64,000 nucleotides of DNA from Eledone cirrhosa. Taxonomy: Eukaryota. Location: contig OZ024757.1 in the NCBI GenBank assembly GCA_964016885.1, positions 37,882,001-37,946,000 of the forward strand, read 5' to 3'. The position numbers and the translations under genes are program-made. Positions within the stretch are counted from its first letter, which is position 1. Every line of letters begins with the position of its first letter. The notes under the pieces are model-generated. The model did no database searches. It saw only the letters and a list, made by a program, of their open reading frames with translations, and was not told the origin of the DNA. Positions 16,415-35,161 of the stretch are shown here, piece by piece.

Positions 16415-16661
16415 AATATATAAACAACCATCTGGTTGTTGTGGAACCAACCAACCAACCGGAAATTTATAAATTCCTAAATTTATAAATTTATTATAAT
16501 AAATTGAAGTGAAAGCAACTGGTGCGTGTGTTTCTTATTGACAACATGGCCCTCCCAAAGTATAACAATATCGGTTTCAACACACGTTTTCAGATAAAGA
16601 ATCTTACTAAACAAATTCAGAAACGAAATATATATATATATATACATATATATATGTATAC

Positions 16662-16713
<52 letters not shown>

Positions 16714-16934
16714 TTTTGTCAACTCTGTACATTGTTAGTAGGCGTGAACAAAAGCCGGTATTTCTTTCTGTTTGTTTATGCTGTTCTTTTGTTGTATGTT
16801 TCTCCAGGCTGTACATAATTAATGGCGGAAGTAAGGAATATTTTTCATATAAATCTTATATCATGGATTATAATGATAATGATGATGACTGAAATATTGT
16901 GACAACACATTAATAAACAACTGTGACCCTATTG

Positions 16935-17120
16935 GTAGTAGAAGTAGTAGTGGTTGTAGTAGTAGGAGTAGTAGTAATAGTAGTAGTAGGAGTAGTAGTA
17001 GTGGTAGCGTTAGTAGTGGGAGTAGTAGAAGTAGTGGCAGTAATAGTAGTGGTAGTAGTAGCAATACGAGTAGTAGCGGTAGTAGTATTACTGGTGTTAG
17101 TAGTAGTAGTAGTAGTAATA
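16935..17120. repeat. Degenerate (GTA)n microsatellite
   Basis: Read directly from the sequence. Confidence 0.9.
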
Positions 17121-17551
17121 ATATTGTTAATAACTATGATAACAACATTGTATTTTTTTTAAAGGGAAGATATGTAATTTTTACAGTAACGATACAATCG
17201 TATAACAGCAAAGCACATTTGACGAAATCGCCATTAAATATACATTAAAAAGATATGAACAAAAGATTATAAGAGAATCAGTGTGAATAACAAGGAAGAC
17301 GTTAAGAGCCATCACATAAATAATAGGGGAGAGAATTATTGAGGAAAATGAAATATGTGAGAAAATTACTAACGTAAGAGAGAGCTTAATAGAATGTTGG
17401 GGTTTTTGTGGTGGATTTTTTGTTTCTTAGTTGTTTGTTTTTTGTTGTTTGTTGTTTTATGCCTTTCGAAACTATAACGGTAATGGCGGCCGAAATTACA
17501 TGCGGTATATATTTGTGTGTGTATGTGTGTGTGTATATATATATATATGTA

Positions 17552-17591
<40 letters not shown>

Positions 17592-17727
17592 ACGTATATA
17601 TAGTTATTCAATCAGGTATACTCACACCCTTTTGTATATGCACATATACATATATATGTAGATGTATATACATGTATATATATATATATATAGATAGAGA
17701 GAGAGTGAGAAAAGGAGAAAGAAATAG

Positions 17728-17760
<33 letters not shown>

Positions 17761-17943
17761 ACGAAGGAAATGTGGTAAGGAACCAGGTGGACCATAACGC
17801 ACCAAAGTACTCAATACTTGAGGTAGTAGAGTGGGTAATAGGAACCAGTAAGACCCCGACAGTTGAGCTCAAGCCGTTTCGACGGCTAATTTTGAATTAG
17901 CCGTCGAAACGGCTTGAGCTCAGCTGTCGGGGTCTTACTGGTT

Positions 17944-17947
<4 letters not shown>
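17761..17947. mobile_element. Family F HHR cassette, fold-back centred on stem II
   Basis: Near-perfect palindrome 17838-17947 containing GAA-acggc ttgagctca gctgt-C-ggggtc. Flanked by TA on both sides. Confidence 0.85.
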
Positions 17948-17999
<52 letters not shown>

Positions 18000-18461
18000 C
18001 ATTCATATAGATGCATATATTTAGAGAGAGCGAGTGACAGGGAGGTAGGAAAAGAGTGAGAAAAGGGGTAAGACAGAGAGTGAGCAAGCTAGATACATAG
18101 ATAAATAGAGAGGAAGTGAGTATACTATTAAATTGCACCAAGAGTTAGTTCCCATGAAACAGATACACAAATACAATAACACACGTTATGGAAGAAGTAA
18201 TATTTAGGCTGCAAAACACCTTAAGTCAGCACAACGTAGCAGACATCCATTTGTTACAATGAGAATGTAGTTGATTGCTGTTTTGATGGTTAGGAAACGT
18301 AATAATGACAAAGCCTGAGGTGTTTGCATACAGAAGCATGATCCTACCAGATGACAGAAACATATATTGAATGATATATATATATATATATATATTCATA
18401 TATATACATACTAACGTATATATATATGAATGTATGTTTTTGTGTGTATATATATATATAT

Positions 18462-18642
18462 ATTTCGTTTCTGAATTTGTTTAGCAAGATTCTTTATCTG
18501 AAATCGTGTGTTGAAACCGATATTGTTATACTTTGGGAGGGTCATGTTGCCAATAAGAAACATACGCACCAGCTGCTTTCACTTAAAGTGAAAGCAACTG
18601 GTGCGTGTGTTTCTTATTGGCAACATGACCCTCCCAAAGTAT

Positions 18643-18650
<8 letters not shown>
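18462..18650. mobile_element. Penelope pLTR (family B) 3' end folded into a hairpin
   Basis: Matches 16508-16630. Arms of about 65 bp (18520-18650) with almost no spacer. Confidence 0.85.
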
Positions 18651-18677
<27 letters not shown>

Positions 18678-18701
18678 CAAACATATATATATGAATGTAT
18701 G

Positions 18702-18740
<39 letters not shown>

Positions 18741-19803
18741 GATTGTATGTTTTTTGTATATATATATATATATATATTGAATGATATATATATATTTATA
18801 TATAATCATTGTATAGATCCTATTCCTTTTGGCAAAAATACAGATTTTGTCGTCAAGAAATTCGCCGTATCTTAGTTTTCCAATAACCATCGATACTATA
18901 CTTTAATATTTCTATATATACCTTAGACCACTGTCTGTATGTGTATGTGTGTGTGTGTGTATGTGTGTGAGAGAGAGAGAGAGAGAGTAAAAGAAAGAGA
19001 GTGACGCAGTGAGAAAGAGAGGAAGAGCGAAGGAAGTTTAACGTATGAGTATTACAATATCAGTTCTATTCTCGAGAGAATCTCCTCCTAACCTAATCAT
19101 TATGTAATTTTCTTTCCCAATGTTTTACAAGCCATCTCAGACAGATAAGACAGTCCGCCTGACAAAGACTGGCTACTATAGATTGTCATAGACAACGTTT
19201 ACAGTATTGTATATTGGCTGAGGTATTGTGGGTCTCGGATGAGAAGTATTCTTAGTAATATGACAAATAACTTCATACTTAACTTCAATTTAAGAACATT
19301 TCTTTGACTTTGCTAATACTAACATTTTAATATTGTATACGTATATTTTATAATGTGTATATAGTTGGACATCATGCCTTCGAAATACAGATATATATAT
19401 ATATCTATATATATATATACAATAACTAACAAAATGCATTGATGAATGGTAACCACCCAGAAATATTGGTGTCTACAGTTCTGTTTACATACCAACACAA
19501 GAGCAAGAATGAGGGGATCATTCTACTGACATGGCTTAAGACAGGATATTTGCATAATTGCAAACGAATTGAATGTTATTAATATTCGAAACACTCAGAT
19601 TATATGTATATATATAATATTAATAGGAAAAAAAGAATCAGTATTGCATCATTTACACATTTAATTACATATTACATATTTTTCACTGCAGAGCAGCTCG
19701 AGGAAGGATCGATTAATGCTCGAATCCGATTCTGGAATCGGAAGGTCCTGAGATATGTGTTAACATTTATACCCATGTTGAAGTGATTGCCTATATATAT
19801 ATA

Positions 19804-19857
<54 letters not shown>

Positions 19858-19928
19858 GTATATATATATATACATATGTATATATATATATACATATGTA
19901 TATATATATATATATATATATACATATG

Positions 19929-20079
<151 letters not shown>

Positions 20080-20083
20080 GTAC

Positions 20084-20136
<53 letters not shown>

Positions 20137-20169
20137 CATATGTATATATATATGTATATATATATATAC

Positions 20170-20292
<123 letters not shown>

Positions 20293-20298
20293 CATATG

Positions 20299-20372
<74 letters not shown>

Positions 20373-20378
20373 CATATG

Positions 20379-20444
<66 letters not shown>

Positions 20445-20509
20445 GTATATATATATATACATATGTATATATATATATATATATATAATGTATATATATA
20501 TATACATAT

Positions 20510-20580
<71 letters not shown>

Positions 20581-20624
20581 TATATACACATGTATATATA
20601 TATATATATATACATGTATATGCA

Positions 20625-21191
20625 CATGGTGCTACTGGTAACATGTATCCCAGTAAACCTGTCTCATGGTCGGGTCGTTGGCGACTAAACTGGCAACCCC
20701 ACCAAGGTTTCTTGGTGAGAAGGGTGACTTTGGACATCCTGCAGGACTAAAAACAAAACCTGTCAAAGGGCAAAGGAGCTCCTTAGAGTCAATGGCCATA
20801 TCCAAAATCACCGGGAGAGAATTCTAGGAGAAGGAAGACTCTGATATAACACCTGCTATCCTGATGGTATCTAATGATGTTGACTTGTTCTTCTTTTTGG
20901 TAAATATCATCTTGGTTAAGAGAGTGGGACTGGCTTTGTGCAGTGCCTTTGTTCACTATAAAAGCTTCACGGCCAAGGCATTGCTTTATATCTGGAGATC
21001 TCTGTACTTGTCGTCACTGGTACCATGGCCCCAGCACTATGTGTCAATAATTGTCACAAGTGTAGTGTTTGTACCAGAGTTTTCAAGTCGCTGGCTGGAC
21101 TAAAAAGTCACACTCGTTCAGCGCATCGGTGGGGGTTCTCCTACATGGATATATAGTAGTGGCCATACTCGAAAACGAGTTGGCAGCCACC
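20625..21191 (+). mobile_element. Bipartite non-autonomous RTE-derived element, copy 1
   Basis: The 5' part has tctaggagaagga(a/g)actctga, an RTE 5'UTR-like motif. The 3' part encodes [22 protein letters not shown] (C2H2 finger, 21061-21126), then the hairpin actcg-aaaa-cgagt, then (TA)n. Confidence 0.75.
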
Positions 21192-21404
21192 ATATACATG
21201 TATATATATATATATACATGTATATATATATACATGTATATATATATACATGTATATATATATATATATACATGTATACATATATACATGTATATATACA
21301 TATATATTTATATATATATATATGTGTATATATATATATGTATATATATATACATGTATATATATATACATGTATATATATATATATACATATATATATG
21401 TATA

Positions 21405-21499
<95 letters not shown>

Positions 21500-21507
21500 G
21501 TTATATA

Positions 21508-21557
<50 letters not shown>

Positions 21558-21596
21558 TGTATACATATATATATATGTATATATATATTTTCTATG

Positions 21597-21647
<51 letters not shown>

Positions 21648-21741
21648 TTTCTATGTATATATATATATATACATGTATATATATATATATATACATGTAT
21701 ACATATATACATGTATATATACATATATATTTATATATATA

Positions 21742-21797
<56 letters not shown>

Positions 21798-22525
21798 TAG
21801 GTGGTTCAATGAATTACGGGTGATGGTACCAAAAAAGCATTCTGTGCACAGGCAGAATGTATATATTAGAAATCAACGAGGAATTTCGTTTATATATGGT
21901 AGATTTTAATTGTGTACGCCCTGCCTCTAAACCTGTTGTTGTTTACACACGATTATTCAGTGTCGGCACGCATTTCATAAACTAGACACAATATTTGCTA
22001 ATTAAAAGGGAAGAACTACTTCAATATCTTACAGAATGTTTAAAAAAAAATCAACAACCAAAAAATCCAAATTGAAATTCCAAAACCTGCTTTCTATCCT
22101 ACTCTGTTTACTCAGGCATTTTCAGCATTTCATTGTGTTGTTTTCTATAATAAATAGCGCCAATTCCATCAATGAACGCCTGATTAAGAATTAACGAGAA
22201 TGATTTTTCCGGATTAGAATTAAAAAGACACAAAATCATATATATATATATATATATATAAAAATATATTTCTTGGTAAAAATCGATATCTTTAAAATAC
22301 ATTCTGTGTATGTAACAAAAACAAGAAAGGTTTATTTTAATAGTGTTTTCTTAACATAAATATAACACGTTACATATTTGTGTAGGAAAATATTAAGTAA
22401 CTTTTATATTCCCAACCTCGTATCAGTAAACGGAGAGGAACTACATCTTAACATCTTATGCGTAAATATGAAAAAAAAAACTAACTGCTATCAACACTTT
22501 CAAAATGATGCAACAGAAATACATT

Positions 22526-22595
22526 CTGCTGCTGCTGCTGCTGTTGTTGTTGTTGTTGTTGCTGCTGCTGCTGTTGCTGTTGCTGTTGTTGTTGT
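22526..22595. repeat. (GCT)/(GTT) trinucleotide tract, probably the tail of the adjacent RTE remnant
   Basis: Read directly from the sequence. Confidence 0.8.
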
Positions 22596-22603
22596 TTCTT
22601 TTT

Positions 22604-22732
22604 CCATGGATGAGTGCTCTCCAGCAGTCTCTGTCCTTCATCATGGCTGTCATGTTCTGTCTCAAGGACCAGTGTCTGTTTTTAGACATCAACATATGTT
22701 AACGTCGGTCTTCCTCTTCGAGTGTGTTCATT
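22604..22732 (-). mobile_element. RTE-clade LINE ORF C-terminal remnant
   Basis: Minus-strand translation HTRRGRPTLTYVDV...TDTG, then after a frameshift MTAMMKDRDCWRALI. Confidence 0.65.
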
Positions 22733-22957
22733 AAAACACTTGATAACCATGGCAACTAAATAATATTAATTGAAATAGTCAAATGATGCGCATAACTAAT
22801 TAATTTACTTTTTATTCTTTTACTAGTTTCAGTCATCAGATTGTGCTTTTCCTGGAGTATCGCTTTCATTTTGTCTATCTTAGGGGACGTATTTTCTCGA
22901 GATTTTTTCATTACTTGACCTTCTCGGTTATAGGCCGCAAAGACACGTTGTAACTTC

Positions 22958-22999
<42 letters not shown>

Positions 23000-23000
23000 A

Positions 23001-23031
<31 letters not shown>

Positions 23032-23106
23032 CACAACATATATATATATAAACCTTATCCATATTCATATATATATTGTTATACTTGGGTCATATTGTTG
23101 TAATAA

Positions 23107-23291
23107 TTGTTTCTACTTTTGGCACAAGGCCAGCGATTTTCAGTACATTACTGGTACTTTATTTTATCGACCCAGTAAGGATGAAAGGCAAAGTTAACCT
23201 CGGCGGGATTTGAACTCAGACTGTAAAGGGACGTAACTATGCTAGAAAGCATGGCGTCCAACCCTCTACTGATACTGCCAATTCACCGCCC
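23107..23291 (-). mobile_element. tRNA-derived SINE with Nin/Deu-type core (octopus OR-like)
   Basis: Minus strand: ggcggtgaattggcag (A box)...gagttcaaatccc (B box)...gcctttcatccttactgggtcgataaaataaagtaccag. Confidence 0.85.
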
Positions 23292-23354
23292 TTTTGTTGT
23301 AATAATATTGTGTGTTAGGTAATTCCGAAGGAAAAGCATTTCATATCTTTTATC

Positions 23355-23438
23355 TATAACATCTCTGTCTGACGATCGATCCAGACGTATATTATTATCG
23401 TCTGTGATCCAGAAACCTTTCGTAATGGAGTAGTTATA
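23355..23438 (+). ncRNA. Type I hammerhead ribozyme, family D
   Basis: ctctgt-CTGACGA-tc gatc cagacg...cgtctg t gatc ca-GAA-ac ctttc gt-A-atggag. Outer pairing tataac/gttata. Confidence 0.75.
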
Positions 23439-23452
23439 TTGTGTTGTTCAAT

Positions 23453-23494
<42 letters not shown>

Positions 23495-24375
23495 AAAAGA
23501 AATTGAAGATGCGACTGGAGTCTTTTTAAGAATATGTATTTGTATCCTTTACCGGATATATATATATTCCTGCTATATCAAGCGTTAACCTAATATATCC
23601 CTTCCATATACTGTACCGATTGTGTTATTTCTGTTTACCTTTTACATACATATATATATATATATAAATATATATATATATCTCTATATATATATATATA
23701 TATCTATATATATATATATATATATCTATATATATATATATATATATATATTGTGTTGTTATTTCTGTTTACCTTTTATATATATATAGTTCAAGGTAAC
23801 GACAAAACGGAGATACAAAACGTCGTATCAGATTTACACTTTATATGGACAAGAGGAAAGAAAGTTTGACGATCAGGCTTTAGCCTTTCTTTAGGAGCGT
23901 ATCACATCATTTTGTCGCATACTTTTATCACATGAGTGGAGAGGAAACACCGTTAGGATACAGCATCTTCATAAGGTTGTAAAGCACAGCCCACATGTTT
24001 AAGGGCACCGTCCTAAACGATCTTACCATCGTGAGCTTACCCACTCTGGACACTAAACTACGTACCTCCCCTTATGTGAGAATACTTTAGGCGTATTTCA
24101 ATAGCAATCTCTCCGAAACTGGATATGGTTGGCAAGTGAAACATTTCCGATTGAGCAAGTGGCAATATCATTATTTAAGATGCCATAAAATCTCACTAAA
24201 GTTGCTACAGCCTCGCAGAAGTAATAACATTACGCCACGAATAATGATTCGTTTAATATCATGGCTCTCTCTCTTCCTTTCTCTCTCTCTCCCTTTCTCC
24301 CTCTCTCTCTCTATCTCTCAAACAAACACACATCTCTCCATCCACCCCTCTATCCATCTATCTATCTGTCTGTCT

Positions 24376-28820
<4,445 letters not shown>

Positions 28821-28993
28821 ATATGTATATATTTGTATTTTAAAAGGGAAGTAAGGTTCTATACAAACAGTGGTTACATAGAAAATGTGAGATTGGAAAT
28901 AGCAGGGAAAATCTGTTCAAGGGTCTGTTTTTCTTTTTCTTCTTTTTCTCCTTCTTTCCCTTCTTTGACACTACAACCACATGCCCGAACACA

Positions 28994-29054
<61 letters not shown>

Positions 29055-29126
29055 TAGGTAATTCCGAAGGAAAAGCAAAGGAAATAATATATGAGTGCTC
29101 TATGTACTGAAGAGCTATTTTAATTA

Positions 29127-29265
29127 GAAAGTGAACAACACAATATATAACTACTCCATTGTCATAACATCTCTGTCTGATGAACGATCCAGACGTATAT
29201 AATTTTTTTCTAGGATCCAGAAACCTTTTGTAATGGACAGTTATATATTGTGTTGTTCACTTTCA
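29127..29265 (+). ncRNA. Hammerhead family D, second copy (29171-29238), preceded by an inverted copy of its 3' flank
   Basis: ctctgt-CTGATGA-acgatcc...ggatcca-GAA-ac ctttt gt-A-atgga. Bases 29127-29160 are the reverse complement of about 29232-29264. Confidence 0.7.
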
Positions 29266-30838
29266 ACTTTCTAAATATATATATTTATATATATTTATAT
29301 ATATATAACGAACCTTTTCCTATATATATAACTAGAGATTGTGATTGGGAGAGAGCTCTTGCTGTTGAGAGCATTCGTCTGACTTCAAAATGATCTCTAG
29401 ATAAGTCAAATATAATTATTCCTTGTTAATTGTATTGAGTTCTCCCTTATGGCCTGCACTATCATTATTATTGGTATTATGCTATACGTTATATATCGTA
29501 AATCTACCTCATTCTAAGATTAGGTGTGAACATTTTGATTATATGTCATATCTAAACTACACTACTCTATAGCAAGTTACAACTAGGTGTGCGTTATTCA
29601 CAGTTAATTGTTTGCTTGAATAAAACCTTCAGATTAAGTATAGCCTTTCCAGTCCAAACGAGGTCGATTATTTCCCAATTTCATCTTAAATACTATAAGA
29701 ATTTCAGTTTTCGGTTGTCGATATTTCATTTTATATTTTGATTTCCCTCTGATGAGGTCTCCTACCTTTACTTGTACAATTTTGGTCGTTAGCCGGGGTG
29801 GGTTGAGACGGTTCCATCGATGGAATTCCCGGGGTAAAAACATTTCAGTGGAGTTCCCTCTGCTGGTTGTTTTTACAAGCAGTTCCCAACTGCAAGTATA
29901 TGCACTTTAGGATAATGTAATCAAAGCATTGTATCGCTTTATAGCATCCAGCCCTTACTTTCACACCCCAACTGATGGGGCCAGTTCCGCAGAGGGTAAC
30001 AATAGGAGGGGTTTTATCCGGTAGAAGTGGATAAACACAATATATTTGAGCGATTTGGAGGCCAGCGGGAGATCACCTCACGGCCCAGCTTAGTCATTTC
30101 GAATCTCTACTGACGAGGGGACTGAAGAATCGTCTTCCATGCGGACATCAATAATAGCTTCTCAATGTGTCGGCTATAGTTACACATACATAAGGACGTG
30201 CATTCATACATACACACACATATACATACATAACTACATACATAAATACATGCGTACAAACACACACGCATAAATACATACATACATATAGGCATACGTA
30301 CATACATATATGCATACGTACGCTTATATTTATATAATCAAATAGACTTTCAAATATCGAATATTTATAGATGTTACGATATTTTAAAATGTTCAATAGA
30401 TTTTTTTCCGTTTGTTTACTACATTGAAATTTACGTTATTTTAATAATAAAAAATACATATGTAGAATCAAATAAATATCAGTAATTGAAAAATATTTGT
30501 AATATTAAACTAAAGTGGATTCATCTATGTAATTATTTATAGCTTTTAGAAGTTGCCAAGTGCAATTTCACGTGACTCGACGAATATATAATAATTGTAA
30601 GCATTCTGGTTTTTTTTTTTTTTTTGTAAATATATCGTTTTTGTAAATAATTTTTTGTAAACTTATTTCTGTATGAAATTGATGATATCTGAAGTGAAAT
30701 AGAAGTGAGTGGTGATTCTATAGTTCTCCCCCTTCACCTTCGAAAAGAAAAAAACACATCTCTTATTTTCTCCCACACTTGTTTACACCTGCTATAAATG
30801 AGAGCTATATCATCATCTTCAAATAACAACACTTTTGC

Positions 30839-30893
<55 letters not shown>

Positions 30894-30900
<7 letters not shown>

Positions 30901-31148
30901 AGATCAAAAGATGGTTAAAAGAGTTCCAAGTATTTCAAAAACAAATATCATCATGGGATGATATCTGCGTTCTCATCAGATGAAATAGGGATACATCATA
31001 TGAAGCTTAAAAAACACTTGTGAATAATGAAGTTTTAAATCAACATATCTGATGAGAACGTAGATATCATCCCATGATGATATTTGTTTTTGAAATGCGC
31101 ATAATAAAATACTTGGAACTCTTTTAACATCTTTTGATCTTATATTAT
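30894..31148. mobile_element. Family E HHR cassette, inverted duplication
   Basis: Arms about 30894-30981 and 31047-31148. Confidence 0.8.
31046..31106 (+). ncRNA. Minimal hammerhead ribozyme, family E
   Basis: tat-CTGATGA-gaacgt agatatcatc ccat gatgatattt gttttt-GAA-at gcgc at-A-ata. Confidence 0.75.
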
Positions 31149-31350
31149 TTATACTCCAGTCCTACAAACTGTAGAGTGCTACTTATCCGATATTTGCATA
31201 GCTTTATTGTGCTACAATAAAACTCACTTCCTACACATATATATATATATCTATATCTATACATATATACGTGTGTATAATGGTAGCTATGGTGCTTTCA
31301 TAGGCGGTATGCCAAAGTTAGCACTCAATATTCTTACAGAGCAGAGTGTG

Positions 31351-31403
<53 letters not shown>

Positions 31404-32464
31404 CGTGTGAGTGTATATATATATATATATGTGTGTATGTGTGTATATATATATATATAAGTATATATATAAGTATATATATAAGTATATAATATATATA
31501 TATAATATATATATATATATAATATATATTTATATATATATAATATATATATATAATATATATATATATATAATATATATATAATATATATATATAATAT
31601 ATATATATATATAATATATATTTATATACATATATATAATATATATATATATATAATATATATTTATATATATATAATATATATATATAATATATATATT
31701 TATATATATATAATATATATTTATATATATATATATAATATATATATATATATATAATATATATTTATATATATATAATATATATATATATAATATATAT
31801 TTATATATATATAATATATATATATATAATATATATTTATATATATATATATATAATACCAGTTAGATACGGGGTTGATATATTCGACTTTCGTCTTCTC
31901 ATCTAATATTGGTGGCCTTGTGCTTAAATAAGAAAACCCTCTTTCTATAATAGTGTAGACAAGCACATCTTTTCTGTTTGTCAGTATGCGGAACATTCGG
32001 TGTTAAATCTTCGTGTAACATCTTGACATAAATTCTTCTTATGACATGAATATAAAACGAACAAAGGTCAATATTTATACAACAAGACCAAAAAATGCGT
32101 AATCTTCGTTGAACGTAATGGTATTTTTTCCCGTTACTTAAGGACATTCAGCAGCTTATATGAAGCAATATTTGTTAGGTTCCATTAAAACGAATATATG
32201 ATTGCATTTTGTAATGTTGGAGGAGTGCATCCATTATTTCAACTTTTATAGAAGCCATATTTTCTTAGTTTGCTGGACTGGATTTAAATTATTTCTGCAT
32301 TGACAGGTAGTAAGGTTGCAAAGAGAATTATTAATGCAAAACATATTGAATGTTGGTAAGTGAATTAGACTTAGATGCACGGATAGTCGTCGGGATAACT
32401 GTTGCGGCACAGCAGGGAAGAGTTTCACGGTTCCACCGATCCTATGACATATAATAATGGTCAT

Positions 32465-32533
<69 letters not shown>

Positions 32534-32534
32534 A

Positions 32535-32568
<34 letters not shown>

Positions 32569-32585
32569 ATGTGTGTGTGTGTGTA

Positions 32586-32686
<101 letters not shown>

Positions 32687-32723
32687 GTGTATATATGTAT
32701 ATATATATATATGTGTATATATG

Positions 32724-32763
<40 letters not shown>

Positions 32764-33174
32764 TAAAAACAAATAACGAAACGAAATTAAATTTCGTTTC
32801 GTTTGTAACTCACTTTTGTATGACTGACGCTTAAATATATTTTTAACTTAATTGTTTATATATATGTGTATATATATACATATATGTATATATATATATA
32901 TATATATGTGTATATATATATGTGTGTATATATATATATGTGTATATATATATATGTATATATATATATACATTTATGTGTATGTGTATATATATACATA
33001 TATATATGTATATATATATATACACATATATATATTTATGTGTATGTGTATATATATACATATATATATGTATAATGTATATATACACATATATATATTT
33101 ATGTGTATGTGTATATATATACATATATATATATACACATATATATATTTATGTGTATGTGTATATATATATAA

Positions 33175-33208
<34 letters not shown>

Positions 33209-33294
33209 GTATATATATATGGATATTTATATTTTTATACACGTATATATATATACACATATATATATTTATGTGTATGTGTATATATATATAA

Positions 33295-33326
<32 letters not shown>

Positions 33327-33465
33327 GTATATATATATGGATATTTATATTTTTATACACGTATATATATATATATATCTATATATAATGTCGTAACGGC
33401 CGCAGCTCATCCATCGGGATCCTGACTCTTTCCACACAAACATACACACACACAGACACACACAT

Positions 33466-33496
<31 letters not shown>

Positions 33497-34081
33497 AATA
33501 TATATATACTTGTTACAACCAGGTCACATGCACCACACGCATGATTTTCTCCTGCACTCCTATAACCCCTTCCTTTTAAATCTCCCTTAATTACACCTAT
33601 AATTGACACTCCTTTATTTATTTTTACACAAGAACTTTCAATTTATTATACCAAATTCCAGCTTCCTTGCGACTTTCAGGAACAATTATTTCTCAGATTT
33701 TCTTCACCTCATCCAATCCATAAATCTTCAATGGCTGTTTTGTGATTTTCGTTCATTTTAACCTCCGTTCAATCTAATCTTAGTCACCTTTAGAAACATT
33801 TGAAGTGTTTTGTACTCCGTTTACTTAATTCCCTACCAGCCTATGTTCTTTATATTTCACAACTGTATCTTTTCCCTGTTTTCCTTATCTAACTTCGATA
33901 TCTTTTTGATAACACCTACGTCGTTTATAATAACTATTTCGCTTTTTAGTTCTCCTCAGGTGCATCCATACACATTTCCATCATCGCTTTATAATCCCTT
34001 CCTATTTCGTTTCTCATCAACTCTCTCCCACCTCCCATCTATATATATATACATATATATATATTCATGTACTATATATAA

Positions 34082-34121
<40 letters not shown>

Positions 34122-34127
34122 TGTACA

Positions 34128-34167
<40 letters not shown>

Positions 34168-34776
34168 AAATATATATATGTATATATAAAATATATATAT
34201 ATATATAATACATTTATATATATATGTATATATAAAATATATATATATATATATAATAAATGTATATCTATATGTATATACAAATATATATATATATATA
34301 TATATATTATAAATATATAAATATGTATATAAATATATAAGTATATATACATATATTATACATCTGTGAGTGTATATAATGTACATGAATATATATATAA
34401 TAAATATATATCTATAGGTATATACAAATATATATATATATATTATAAATATATAAATATGTATATACATATATAAGTATATATACATATATTATAAATC
34501 TGTGAGCCTATATATATATATATATATATATAAGTGTGTATATATATATTCCACCTGCATTTCTATTAATTTCTTTATAACTCTTTCACTTCATATCTCT
34601 CATTGATGATCTTCTTTCTACACATTCAATAACAATATTTTGTCTCTCACACACACATCTCCCTTTCTTTCTCTTTCTCACATATGTATATATATATATA
34701 TATGTATGTATATATATGTATATATATATGTATATCTATATATATATACATGTATATATATATATAATAATAATAA

Positions 34777-34962
34777 TTGCTTCTACTTTTGGCACAAGGC
34801 CAGGTATTACCTCAGTGTATTACTGGTACTTTATTTTATCGCCCCCGTAAGGATGAACGGCAAAGTTAACCTCGTCGGGATTTGAACTCAGGATGGCAAG
34901 GGCCGTAACTCAATGCGTCAAAGCATGGCGTCCGACCCTCTACCGATACTGCCAATCCACCG
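34777..34962 (-). mobile_element. Nin/Deu-core tRNA SINE
   Basis: Same family as 23107-23291. Confidence 0.85.
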
Positions 34963-35059
34963 ATAATGATTCTATTTATAGTTATGTATATACTATATGT
35001 ATATACTATATATATATACTATATCTATATATATTTATATGTATATATATATGTATGTG

Positions 35060-35094
<35 letters not shown>

Positions 35095-35123
35095 ATATAT
35101 ATGTATATATGTATATATATATG

Positions 35124-35160
<37 letters not shown>

Positions 35161-35161
<1 letters not shown>

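Larger units (their letters stand above)
15658..16630 (+). mobile_element. 5'-truncated Penelope-like retroelement (endonuclease end plus pLTR with HHR)
   Basis: GIY-YIG ORF, then a 3' region with an HHR at 16372, ending in (TA)n. The 5' junction 15658-15697 is an inverted copy of 15817-15856. Confidence 0.9.

Noticed and set aside
20864-21103. 79-80 aa ORF conserved in three places (MVSNDVDLFFF...)
   Set aside because: Conservation follows from recent repeat copying. The recognisable zinc-finger relic is in a different frame.
29747-30140. Several CTGANGA matches and a possible pseudoknot in a GC-richer island
   Set aside because: No downstream GAAA/UH with paired stems, and I could not complete an HDV-like fold. 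Probably a retroelement UTR fragment.
32774-32803. Small perfect hairpin aacgaaacgaaatt-a-aatttcgtttcgtt (a similar one lies at about 44689-44717)
   Set aside because: Too short and isolated to assign a function. Possibly a minor fold-back product.
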